Assembly: GCA_036270895.1 (NCBI GenBank)
Contig: DATBBS010000609.1
Location: 1 to 49,365 of the forward strand
Reading direction: 5' to 3'
Source of the DNA: Xanthobacteraceae bacterium
GTDB taxonomy: Bacteria; Pseudomonadota; Alphaproteobacteria; Rhizobiales; Xanthobacteraceae
Length of the DNA: 49,365 nucleotides
The position numbers and the translations under genes are program-made. Below are positions 36,486-45,021 of this stretch, piece after piece. A model generated the notes under the pieces. That model worked only from the letters and a program-made list of their open reading frames with translations. It did no database searches and was not told where the DNA came from. Position 1 is the stretch's first letter, and each line of letters begins with the position of its first letter.

Positions 36486-37262
36486 ATGAAGATCCTCGTG
36501 ATTGTCTCTGCACTGGCCGGCCTCTTGATGACGGGGGCCGCCGCAACGGCACAGCCCGCCAAACCAGCCATCGTTCTTGTGCATGGCGCCTTCGCCGACT
36601 CGTCGAGCTGGTATGGCGTCATCGCGATCCTCGAGAGAGACGGTTATCGGGTCGTCGCCGCAGCCAACCCGCTGCGTAGCGTGAAGGGCGACGCCGACAG
36701 CGTGCGCGCGCTTCTCACCAGCATCAACACGCCGGTCGTGCTGGTTGGGCATTCCTATGGCGGTATGGTGATCAGCAACGCGGCGAACGGCCAGGCGAAT
36801 GTGAAGGCGCTGGTCTATGTGGCGGCCTTTGCGCCGGTCGCGGGAGAAAACGCCGGCGGCCTCAACAGCAAGTTTCCGGGCAGCCTGGTCGGCCCGGCGC
36901 TCGGCCCGCCGGTCGCGCTGCCCGGTGGCGGGCACGATCTCTATGTCCAGCAGGAAAAATTCCACGACGCATTCGCACCGGACGTATCGGCGGACGCCGC
37001 CAAATTGGCGGCGGCGGCGCAGCGGCCCGTGACCGACATCGCGTTCGATGAAGCCGCCACCGAGCCCGCCTGGAAGACCGTTCCGTCATGGTTCGTCTAC
37101 GGCGATCACGATACCGCGATTCCTCCGAAGCTGCATGCTTTCATGGCCGAGCGCGCTGGCGCGCGGGCGACCTCGGTCGTCGAGGGAGCTTCGCATGTCG
37201 TGATGATCTCGCACGCCGAGGCGGTGGCTACAGTCATCGAAGATGCGGCAAGCGCCCGCTGA
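36486..37262 (+). CDS. secreted alpha/beta hydrolase
   Basis: Based on ORF 36087..37262, with ATG 36486 preceded by GGGAG. The signal peptide is MKILVIVSALAGLLMTGAAATAQP. It has an oxyanion-region LVHGAF block, the nucleophile elbow GHSYGG and a C-terminal His (GASHVV). Confidence 0.8.
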   Translation: MKILVIVSALAGLLMTGAAATAQPAKPAIVLVHGAFADSSSWYGVIAILERDGYRVVAAANPLRSVKGDADSVRALLTSINTPVVLVGHSYGGMVISNAANGQANVKALVYVAAFAPVAGENAGGLNSKFPGSLVGPALGPPVALPGGGHDLYVQQEKFHDAFAPDVSADAAKLAAAAQRPVTDIAFDEAATEPAWKTVPSWFVYGDHDTAIPPKLHAFMAERAGARATSVVEGASHVVMISHAEAVATVIEDAASAR

Positions 37263-37359
37263 TCGCGACAACTTCCGGCAATTCAGGTCATGTGCCGGGA
37301 GCTCCGTCGCTGTCCTGAATGGCGATTGCGCGAGACCCGAGGACGACGGACACGTCGGG

Positions 37360-37995
37360 TCAGGCGCGTTGCGGCTTCTCCGGCTCCAGCTCGAGCTTGT
37401 CAGCCATCCGGGCGAGTTCTGGAAGCGAGCGCGCCTTCATCTTCTGCATCAGACGGCTGCGATGCACCTTCACTGTGGCTTCGGCGATGCCGATATCGCC
37501 GGCGATCTGTTTGCTGAGACGCCCGCGCGCGACCTGGGTCATGATTTCGCGCTCGCGCGGGGTCAGCGCCTCGAAACGTTCCTTGAGGCTTCTCAGGCCG
37601 CTGTCCTTCTCGCGGCGAGCACGATCACGGGAGAGACCGACCTGAATGGCGTCGAGGAGCTCCTGGTCGCGGAATGGTTTTGTCAGGAATTCGATGGCGC
37701 CACGCTTCATCGCCTGCACGGTCATCGGAATATCGCCGTGCCCCGTGATGAAGATGATGGGCAGGTCCCTGTGCGCGGCGGCCAGCTCGCGCTGTAGATC
37801 AAGACCGCTTTGCCCCGGCAATCTGATGTCGAGCACCAGGCAGGTCGGGCCTTCGGGTGGATCGGATCCGAGAAAGTCGGCAATGGACCCAAATAGCTGA
37901 ACATTCAGACCGAGCGATCGCAACAGCCGTCCCACCGATGCCCGGAGGTCCGCATCGTCGTCGATGACCAGGACGGTGGAGTCTGCGTCAGGCAT
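37360..37995 (-). CDS. FixJ/LuxR(NarL)-family response regulator
   Basis: Based on ORF 37360..38049, with the start at ATG 37995. It has a REC domain (VLVIDDD..VLDIRLPGQSG..KPF) and a LuxR HTH (LTPREREIMTQVARGRLSKQIAGDIGIAEATVKVHRSRLMQKM). Confidence 0.9.
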   Translation of the reverse strand: MPDADSTVLVIDDDADLRASVGRLLRSLGLNVQLFGSIADFLGSDPPEGPTCLVLDIRLPGQSGLDLQRELAAAHRDLPIIFITGHGDIPMTVQAMKRGAIEFLTKPFRDQELLDAIQVGLSRDRARREKDSGLRSLKERFEALTPREREIMTQVARGRLSKQIAGDIGIAEATVKVHRSRLMQKMKARSLPELARMADKLELEPEKPQRA

Positions 37996-38261
37996 CGCTG
38001 CCACCCGGATTAAAGGATCACCGAAGTGGGCCTTTGTCCCTGTTCGCAAGTCTGCGCGGCCACTCGGCAGGCTAATCCTAATCCGTGGACATGAACAGCC
38101 CCGTTCTCCGCCAGCGCTCCTTCTTGTGCGACGCTAAGCCAAAGTTTACGGGCCCTGGGGTTGCCTGGTGGCGATCTTTGCCGCAGGTTGTGGGATTCCC
38201 ACGCCGCGCGGTCACATGTGTGCGGCGCAGGATGGCGGGCGACGGAACGGTCGGAGACCGA

Positions 38262-38654
38262 ATGTCGAAATCGTTCCTGGTTTCGGTCGTTGAGGATGAT
38301 CGGTTCTTTCGCGAGTCGATGCGAAGGTTCATGAAGTCGTTGGGCTATACGGTCGACGTGTTCTCGTCGGCGGCCGACTTCCTGGCGTCCCCTCGTCTCG
38401 GCGAAACGGCCTGCTTGATCGCCGACGTCCACATGCCCGCGATGACCGGCACCGAACTTTACCGCCGCCTCATCGAGGGTGGGCACGCGATTCCCACAAT
38501 CCTCGTGACGGCCTATCCCAACGACGTTGACCGTGCCCGCGCCCTGAACGATGGGGTGGTCTGTTATCTTCGCAAGCCGGTCGATGAACAGCAGCTGTTG
38601 CGGTGTCTTCGCGTGGCTCTCACGCCCGGTGAAACGCCTGAAGACAATTCATGA
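38262..38654 (+). CDS. single-domain (REC-only) response regulator
   Basis: Based on ORF 38085..38654, with ATG 38262 preceded by GGAGA. The sequence VSVVEDDRFFRESM..LIADVHMPAMTG..LRKP shows a REC domain with no output domain. Confidence 0.8.
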   Translation: MSKSFLVSVVEDDRFFRESMRRFMKSLGYTVDVFSSAADFLASPRLGETACLIADVHMPAMTGTELYRRLIEGGHAIPTILVTAYPNDVDRARALNDGVVCYLRKPVDEQQLLRCLRVALTPGETPEDNS

Positions 38655-38736
38655 GCTCGCTTCCGCGCCGGCAGGGTAGACTGAAATAGGGCGCCGCGAG
38701 GGTGGTCCACCGTCGCGCCGGCGATGTCCCTATCCG

Positions 38737-40434
38737 TCACCGGACCGGCAGTTCGAAATCGAACCGCGCTCCGCTCTTGCCGTCGGACGACGCGCTGATG
38801 TGACCGCCATGACGCTCGACGATACTCTGGCTGATAGCCAGGCCCAATCCCGTTCCATGTCGCTTCGTCGTGACGAAGGCGTTGAATATCCCGGCCAGAT
38901 CCTGTTGGCTGATTCCCGGTCCGGAGTCCTCCACCGTCACCCCGACCGCATCGGGTCCGCGCAATTCCGATCTCACGTGCAGCTCGCGGTTTCGACCGAC
39001 CGTGGAGTCCATCGCTTCCATCGCGTTGATGACCAGGTTGCTGACAAGCTCTTGCAATTGACCTCCATGACCGTGAAGAAGGGGCAGGTCGGACGCCAGC
39101 TCGACGCGGGTCACCACGTCCCGATTCTTGAATTGGGCTTCCATTGACCGCAGCACGCCGAGAATAATCTCGTTCATATCGATCCGTTGTTTTCCCCCAT
39201 CGTGCTTCTTGAACAAGGCCTGAACGCCATTCAGCACGTCGTCGGCACGACGGCCGCCTTCGGATATCCGTTCGAGGGCCACGCGCACGTCGTCATAGTC
39301 GGGCGGTGTCATTGCGAGAGAACCCAATGCGATGCGCGCTTCCAATGTGATGCCGCCCAGCGGTTGTCGTACTTCATGCGCGACCGCAGACAGAGCGGCC
39401 TGCACGTTCATGAGCTTGTTGTCCCGTTCGCGCTCCAGCAGTATGTTCGACTGGGTCAGTCGCCCTTCGCTCTCCTTCCGCTCGGCAAATAACGCAGCGA
39501 GGACACATGTACCCACCGCCACGAACATGATGATCGTCTGGGCTTGCACGATGCGGTCTTCGATTGAAAGTACGGTCTCTCCGAAATGGCCAATGCGGTA
39601 GGTCGTCGTCCAAATGATCGTCATGGACGCCAGGAACACGCCCGCGGCGGCAAAAACCGGGTAGCAACGGACCGCCAGCCACACCAATATCGGGAAGAGC
39701 AGCGCGGCCGGCACCACAGTCCCCCAGAGGCCGGCCGGCAATGCCACGACAGCACCGGTCATGACGGCGAGCGCGCCGATTGCAACGGCGGCTTCGAGAA
39801 ACTCGCCCATTGGCGGGGGGCGCCGCAGGGCTGCACCGATCCCGATGACCAGCGGCGCTACCGAAACCACGCCCGAGAGAGTGTTCAAGAACAGGTGCTG
39901 AAAAAATATCAGGATCTTCCCTTCCGGGATGTAGAACAGGATGATGAAAAGGGTCCAGCCCGCCGAGCAGATCGCACATGAAACAGCCGCGGCCGCGACA
40001 AGACCGAGTACGTGACGCAGGCGCTCGAGTCTGAAGCCTCTACCGAAGAAATGATCGATCAATCCGGCGATGATCAGAACCTGCACGATGTCGCCGATGG
40101 CGTAGGCTACATTTATCCCGATCGGCCGCGCCTCCGACAGGAGCACCAGGGCCGCATAGGCCGCAACGCCTACCCCTGCTGAGACGGGCCATCGTGCGCG
40201 CGGCCCAAGAGCGATCAGGAGACCCGCCGCAAATCCGCCGGGCGTAAACGAGAACACCGATTCCTTATAAGGCTCGATCCACAGACTGAGAGCGAGCCAG
40301 TCGATCAGGAAGTAGCCGGCGCCGACCGCTATCGCGAGCCCAAGTCCTCGCACCAATCGGCTGGTACGACCAGGTTCCGCGAAAGATGTGTTCGCTGCTG
40401 TCGTCTCCACCGCTTGCCTGCCGCTACCCTCCAT
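38737..40434 (-). CDS. sensor histidine kinase with large multi-pass membrane sensor (MASE1-like) and FixL-type H-box
   Basis: 565 aa. The N-terminal 300 or so aa are hydrophobic. The H-box is AHEVRQPLGG, followed by N, G1 and G2 boxes (NLVINAMEAM, DSGPGI, GTGLGLAIS). Confidence 0.8.
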   Translation of the reverse strand: MEGSGRQAVETTAANTSFAEPGRTSRLVRGLGLAIAVGAGYFLIDWLALSLWIEPYKESVFSFTPGGFAAGLLIALGPRARWPVSAGVGVAAYAALVLLSEARPIGINVAYAIGDIVQVLIIAGLIDHFFGRGFRLERLRHVLGLVAAAAVSCAICSAGWTLFIILFYIPEGKILIFFQHLFLNTLSGVVSVAPLVIGIGAALRRPPPMGEFLEAAVAIGALAVMTGAVVALPAGLWGTVVPAALLFPILVWLAVRCYPVFAAAGVFLASMTIIWTTTYRIGHFGETVLSIEDRIVQAQTIIMFVAVGTCVLAALFAERKESEGRLTQSNILLERERDNKLMNVQAALSAVAHEVRQPLGGITLEARIALGSLAMTPPDYDDVRVALERISEGGRRADDVLNGVQALFKKHDGGKQRIDMNEIILGVLRSMEAQFKNRDVVTRVELASDLPLLHGHGGQLQELVSNLVINAMEAMDSTVGRNRELHVRSELRGPDAVGVTVEDSGPGISQQDLAGIFNAFVTTKRHGTGLGLAISQSIVERHGGHISASSDGKSGARFDFELPVR

Positions 40435-40505
40435 CGGAGAGATCCTTTCGAATCAAGGCCGCGCTCGGGTGGCCGGCTTCTGCGCCGCCGGCTCAACGAT
40501 AGTAC

Positions 40506-40712
40506 ATGATGGCGGGTCCGAAGAGGGCTGCACGGCGGGGCACTGAGAGCGGCGGCGACCGCCGCGACCGCCTGCGCGCGCTCGCGCAGCGCGTCGAGAT
40601 CGACGCGAAAGAAGTTCGCATCATGGGATCGAAAAGCGTCCGGCTGCGCACGGTCGTCGCCGCCTCAAGCGCAAAAACGGCGGGTTTTGGCGTTCCTGGT
40701 ATTGTAACGAAA
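40506..40712 (+). pseudogene. probable C-terminal remnant of a recombinase (large-serine-recombinase-like tail) abutting the tRNA 3' end
   Basis: ORF 40506..40742 reads ..RDRLRALAQRVEIDAKEVRIMGSKSVRLRTVVAASSAKTAGFGVPGIVTKWRARRDSNS. Its last codons are the antisense of the tRNA acceptor/T arm. A TAG stop lies immediately upstream, and no catalytic domain is present. The family call is from memory of similar recombinase tails and has not been searched. Confidence 0.4.
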
Positions 40713-40789
40713 TGGCGCGCCCGAAGAGATTCGAACTCCTGACCCCCAGATTCGTAGTCTGGTGCTCTATCCAGCTGAGCTACGGGCGC
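40713..40789 (-). tRNA. tRNA-Arg (anticodon ACG), CCA encoded
   Basis: The reverse complement is GCGCCCGTAGCTCAGCTGGATAGAGCACCAGACTACGAATCTGGGGGTCAGGAGTTCGAATCTCTTCGGGCGCGCCA. It folds as a cloverleaf with a 7-bp acceptor stem, a D arm GCTC/GAGC, an anticodon stem CCAGA/TCTGG with loop CTACGAA, and a T loop TTCGAAT. Confidence 0.95.
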
Positions 40790-40830
40790 CTGCCCGCGCC
40801 GACGCTAACGCGGCCGGCGGGACGGCCGCA

Positions 40831-40859
40831 TAGGTAGAGGCTCCGGGCGTCCTTGGCAA
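40831..40859 (-). promoter_or_regulatory. candidate promoter for tRNA-Arg
   Basis: On the minus strand: TTGCCA (40859-40854), a 17-nt spacer, then TACCTA (40836-40831). It lies about 40 nt upstream of the mature tRNA 5' end. Confidence 0.3.
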
Positions 40860-40983
40860 GGGAGACGCCAGGGGCGGCAAGGCCCTGGGGCGGCTGTGGT
40901 TTCGCTCGGTGCCGTTTCGGGCGGGCTGCGACTTTAGACCGGCGAGGGCGCGCCGGCGGCGCTTGTGAACGCCTGGAGAAAAT

Positions 40984-42534
40984 TCATGATCCCAGCTGCA
41001 CGGCGGGCAAGGTGAACTGAAAACTGGCGCCGCGTGGTTCATTCGCCTCTGCCCACAGCCGGCCCCCATGGGCCTCGATGATAGACCGGCAAATCGACAG
41101 TCCCATCCCCATGCCGCTGGACTTCGTGGTGTAAAATGCATCGAACACGCGTTCGAGACGCGACGGGTCGATGCCCGGCCCGGAATCGCGCACCGCCACA
41201 AGGACGCCTGCGTGGTCCTGCCCGGTGCTGATCAACAGCTCTCTTGCGCCTGCCTCTGTCGAGCCCATCACTTCGACTGCGTTCAGGAGCAGGTTCATGA
41301 CCACCTGCTGCAATTGAACGCGATCGCCGTGAACGGGAACCAATCCCTCGGAAAGCCGGGTCTGGACCGAGACGCCATTTTTGCTGATTGCGTTTCGCCC
41401 CAATACAATGACCTCGTTGATCGCCGCATTGAGATCAAATTGCGCCTTTCGCGGCGGCGCCTTCTTGATGTGATCACGGATCCGGTCGATCATCTCTCCG
41501 GCCCGATCGGTATCGCCCACAACGCAGCTGAGGGCCTCCCGGACCTCGCTCAGGTCCGGTGGCTGCTTGTCGAGAAAAATCTGCGCCGCACGGGCGTTGT
41601 TGCGGGCGCTGGCGATCGGTTGCGTGATTTCGTGAGACAGCGAGGCAACCAATTCTCCCATCATGCTCACGCGGTTCATGTGGGCGAAATCCGATTGCAT
41701 CTGATCCAATCGCGCCAGCGCTCGTGTGCGATCCTCGATGTCCGTCAGCAGATTGTACCAGCGCGTGATGCGCCCGGAGTCATCGCGTATTGGGACGCCG
41801 CGGGTGTCAAACCACCGATATTCGCCGTCGAAGCGCCGCAGACGTAGTTCGAAGTTGAAGGGAATTCCGGAGGCGATCGCTCTCTTAAAAAGTTCGGCAA
41901 CACGGGCAAAGTCTTCAGGATGCACCGCATCGTTTGTTTCCCAGTTCCTTACCCATTCCAGCGATCGGCCAAAATACTCGAGGAATTGGCGATTGGCGGC
42001 TTCGACTTCACCGTTCGGGGCCAAGATCGAAACGAGACCGGCTATCCCGTCAAATGCTGAACGTGCACGCCGTTCGCTTTCGCGCAGCGCCTCCTGCGCG
42101 CGCATGCGCTCTTCAATATCCAGAGTCACCCCAATCCACAGCAGCAGGGTCCCATCGTTTGCCCGAAGGGGCTCGGCGCGCGTGAGGAACCAGCGGTAGT
42201 CTCCTTCAGCGTTGCGGACCCGGTAATTATGCTCAGCGCCCTTGCCCGTGCGCAGACAGCTTGACCAGTATTTGCGTCCTTCTTCTTGCTCGTCCGGATG
42301 CAAAAACGGGATCCAGTCGTCCCACTGTGCGCCAACGTCGATGCCGAAACGCAGGGGATGATCTTCCGGAACACCAAGGAAATCCGCTTGTCGATTATTC
42401 ACGAAGAGGAGGCCGCCGGACGGTTTCCCGTACCAGGTATACGCCGGAAGCACATTTAGAATGGCTTGCAGCTGTGTCAAGAATTTGGACTGTTCTTCGG
42501 CCTTCTTGCCTTCATCACTGTCGACAGTCATCAT
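40984..42534 (-). CDS. cytoplasmic PAS/PAC sensor histidine kinase (two PAS domains, FixL-type H-box)
   Basis: 516 aa with two PAS/PAC blocks (..YRVRNAEGDYRWFLTRAEPL.. and ..RLRRFDGEYRWFDTRGVPI..). The H-box is SHEITQPIASA and an HATPase block (DSGPGI, GMGMGLSICRSI) is present. Confidence 0.85.
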   Translation of the reverse strand: MMTVDSDEGKKAEEQSKFLTQLQAILNVLPAYTWYGKPSGGLLFVNNRQADFLGVPEDHPLRFGIDVGAQWDDWIPFLHPDEQEEGRKYWSSCLRTGKGAEHNYRVRNAEGDYRWFLTRAEPLRANDGTLLLWIGVTLDIEERMRAQEALRESERRARSAFDGIAGLVSILAPNGEVEAANRQFLEYFGRSLEWVRNWETNDAVHPEDFARVAELFKRAIASGIPFNFELRLRRFDGEYRWFDTRGVPIRDDSGRITRWYNLLTDIEDRTRALARLDQMQSDFAHMNRVSMMGELVASLSHEITQPIASARNNARAAQIFLDKQPPDLSEVREALSCVVGDTDRAGEMIDRIRDHIKKAPPRKAQFDLNAAINEVIVLGRNAISKNGVSVQTRLSEGLVPVHGDRVQLQQVVMNLLLNAVEVMGSTEAGARELLISTGQDHAGVLVAVRDSGPGIDPSRLERVFDAFYTTKSSGMGMGLSICRSIIEAHGGRLWAEANEPRGASFQFTLPAVQLGS

Positions 42535-42907
42535 CCGCCTGCGCGCCGTTCATCGAATGCGGCACCATCTGTCAGCTCCGGCGTCGAGCTTCCGAGTTGA
42601 ATTCGGCTGACAGAGCCTGACGTGCGCCACGCACCGCAGCCGCTGGCCGCCCTGCAGAAATCCTACCGCATCGCCTCGGAATTGCCAGCCGTCGGACGGC
42701 AAGAGAGCCGTCGCGCCAGAACGACATGCTGTCGCGCAAGTAGGCCGCGATTGCCGGCCTTGGCGTCGTGCCGCATGACATGTTCAGGTCGAGCCATGGC
42801 CCTGATGCCGTTCCGAACACGACGGCGCCAACAAGAGTCTTGACACGCTCGCATTTGGCGAACGTGCGAAAATGTGATAGGAGAAAATCCACAGTCGGAA
42901 TTGCGCG

Positions 42908-42939
42908 CCGATCTCGGGCCTGCCCGAGATGGGTTTTTT
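42908..42939 (+). terminator. orphan Rho-independent terminator T1 (no plus-strand CDS upstream)
   Basis: The arms ccgatctcggg and cccgagatggg form an 11-bp stem with one mismatch, loop cctg, followed directly by a T6 run. Confidence 0.55.
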
Positions 42940-43038
42940 AACGCGCAGGGTGGGTTACCCGATCTGCGTGGCCCACGGTTCCGGGCGTTTGCATGAGGCG
43001 GCATGCCTCGCGCCATCGCGGCGCATGAAAGCAATCAC

Positions 43039-43066
43039 GGGCCGCCGCGCGCGGCCCTTATTTTTT
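43039..43066 (+). terminator. orphan Rho-independent terminator T2
   Basis: The stem gggccgc and gcggccc forms 7 bp with loop cgcgc, followed by TTATTTTTT. Confidence 0.6.
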
Positions 43067-43278
43067 GGAGGATGGTCGGGCTGCGTGGTCACACGGAGGC
43101 AGTCCAAGGGGGACTTCCCTGCAGATTCCCTGCTGTTTGCAGGAAACCCGCCCCCGGGAACGCACCTCTGAAATGAAACACCACAAGAAGGAAAAGTTCT
43201 CGCGGCCGGCCAGCGGTCGCCCGGTCTGGCGACGCCGCCCGTCCCTGCAGATCCCCTGTATTCCGCCTGTAGGATCAG

Positions 43279-43303
43279 GAAAAAACAGGGCCCGGGCCCT
43301 GTA
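43279..43303 (-). terminator. Rho-independent terminator ending the minus-strand array (after the ICMT-like gene)
   Basis: The minus strand reads acagggcccgggccctgt, a GC-rich palindrome, followed by TTTTTT. It lies about 90 nt downstream of the stop at 43391. Confidence 0.65.
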
Positions 43304-43390
43304 AATGCACCGGCGCGGCCCTGTTCTTTTGCCGCCGGTCTCCTGTTCGTGTGTCGTTCTACAGGGATGCGGGCGCCGCTATACGCCCCG

Positions 43391-43903
43391 CTACGCGCCG
43401 CTCGGGCGCGCGGGAGACGCGGCGGCGAGCGCGCGATTCTCGACCTGGATCCGCGTGAGCAAGAGCGGAACGTGCAGGATCGTGAACGCCGCCGCGTAGA
43501 CCGGAAGGCCGAGCGCCAGGGGGACGACCGCGATCTCGCAGGCGACAACCACATAGTTGGGGTGACGGACGAAGCGGTAGGGGCCGCTGGCGACGAGCGG
43601 CGCGCCCGCAACGACGATCACCCGCGTCGTCCAGCGGTCGCGCAATGTCGCCAGGATCCAGAGGCGGACGAGCTGAAGCGCCACGAAGGTGGCCAACAGG
43701 AAAGGATCGACCATGCGGCCGCGTCCGACGATCCAAAGCCCCGCCAGCCACGTCGCATGGAACGCAACCACAAGCGGATAATGCGCGCGTCCATGCTCGG
43801 TGGCGCCGGTGGCCAACAGCCGCCGGGTGTTGCGGCGCGCCAGGATCAGCTCGGCTGCCCGCTGGATGGTGATGAAGCCGAGCAACAGGGTGGCCTCATC
43901 CAT
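43391..43903 (-). CDS. isoprenylcysteine carboxyl methyltransferase (ICMT/PEMT)-family membrane methyltransferase
   Basis: 170 aa with four or five TM segments. The C-terminal block GPYRFVRHPNYVVVACEI is typical of ICMT-family enzymes. Its start overlaps the type III PKS stop by 8 nt. Confidence 0.75.
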   Translation of the reverse strand: MDEATLLLGFITIQRAAELILARRNTRRLLATGATEHGRAHYPLVVAFHATWLAGLWIVGRGRMVDPFLLATFVALQLVRLWILATLRDRWTTRVIVVAGAPLVASGPYRFVRHPNYVVVACEIAVVPLALGLPVYAAAFTILHVPLLLTRIQVENRALAAASPARPSGA

Positions 43904-44948
43904 GGCCGATCCCGAGGCTGAGAAAGCTCGCGGTGAAGCCCGGTCCGAGCGCCGACAGCATCGCGGCGCCGGTGAGACCGCGCGCCAGCGCGTGCTCCAG
44001 CACGAACAGCACGGTGGGCGCCGACATGTTGCCGAAGTCGCGCAGGACGCTTCGCTCGTCGATCAACGTGCCGCTGTCGAGCCCCAGCGCCGCCTCGATG
44101 CCCGCCAGCACCTTGGCGCCGCCCGGATGGCAGACGAAGCGGGAAGCGCCGTTGCCGAATTCCGGCGCGCCGGCGAAGCGGCGGGCCGGGCCTGCGAATT
44201 TTTCTTCGACGAAACGGGGCAATGCGCGCGACAGGACCACGCCGAAGCCGATCGGATCGACCGTCCATCCCATGATGTCGATGGTGCCGGGCCAGAGATG
44301 CTCGGCGGCGGCGCCGATCGTCGCGAGACCCGGCGAGCCGGCCCTCAACACCGCCGCCGCCGCGCCATCGCCGAAGAGCGCGCAGGCGATCACGTCCGCC
44401 TTGCTGCCGCGATCGCTGCGGAACGCCAGCGTGCAGAGCTCGACCACGACGAGCAGGACGGTCTTGCCGGGCTCCGCCCGCGCCAGCCGGCTCGCCAGCG
44501 CCAACCCGGAGACGCCGCCCGCGCATCCCAGGCCGAAGACCGGCACGCGCACCACATCGGCGCGCAAGCCGAGACGGCGCGCGACCCGTGCCTCGAGGCT
44601 CGGCGTTGCGATGCCGGTGGACGATACCGTCACCACCATGTCGATATCGCGCGCCGTGCAGGACGCGCGGGCGAGCGCGCTTTCGGCGGCGGTGACGAAA
44701 AGTTCGGCCGCGCCCGCCATATAGGCCTTGTTGCGCCCGCTCCAGTCGACCTCGCGCTCGAACCAGCTCATGGGATGGACCGAATAACGCCGGTCGATCC
44801 CGGAATTGGCGAAAACGTCGGCGAGCTTGGGGAAGCGTGCGAAGGTGGGCGCGAAGATCGCGTGGGCGCGTTGCGCGACCTCCTTCTGGTCGAGCACATG
44901 AGGCGGGACGGCGGACGCGAGTCCGAGCACCGAGACAGGGGCTGTCAT
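43896..44948 (-). CDS. type III polyketide synthase (chalcone/stilbene synthase superfamily)
   Basis: Based on ORF 43896..45263, with the start at ATG 44948. The catalytic triad contexts are GLGCAGG (Cys), FVCHPGG (His) and FGNMSAPT (Asn). Confidence 0.85.
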   Translation of the reverse strand: MTAPVSVLGLASAVPPHVLDQKEVAQRAHAIFAPTFARFPKLADVFANSGIDRRYSVHPMSWFEREVDWSGRNKAYMAGAAELFVTAAESALARASCTARDIDMVVTVSSTGIATPSLEARVARRLGLRADVVRVPVFGLGCAGGVSGLALASRLARAEPGKTVLLVVVELCTLAFRSDRGSKADVIACALFGDGAAAAVLRAGSPGLATIGAAAEHLWPGTIDIMGWTVDPIGFGVVLSRALPRFVEEKFAGPARRFAGAPEFGNGASRFVCHPGGAKVLAGIEAALGLDSGTLIDERSVLRDFGNMSAPTVLFVLEHALARGLTGAAMLSALGPGFTASFLSLGIGHG

Positions 44949-45021
44949 GATTTTCCGGGAGCGCAACGCGACCGCGCGGTCCGCCATTCGGGCCGACCCC
45001 CCAAATGCCGGGCGCGTTTCC

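Noticed and set aside
42572-42892. A 106-aa minus-strand ORF (MDFLLSHFRTFAKCERVKTLVGAVVFG...) in the ORF-poor region
   Set aside because: Its third-position GC is much lower than in genuine genes here. The C-terminal half is Arg/Ala-rich, there are no motifs, and there is no ribosome-binding site. It could be a decayed foreign gene fragment, but I cannot support that.
43173-43304. A 43-codon ORF, MKHHKKEKFSRPASGRPVWRRRPSLQIPCIPPVGSGKNRARAL
   Set aside because: It has no Shine-Dalgarno sequence. It runs through the hairpin modules and into the minus-strand terminator palindrome, and its composition looks non-coding.
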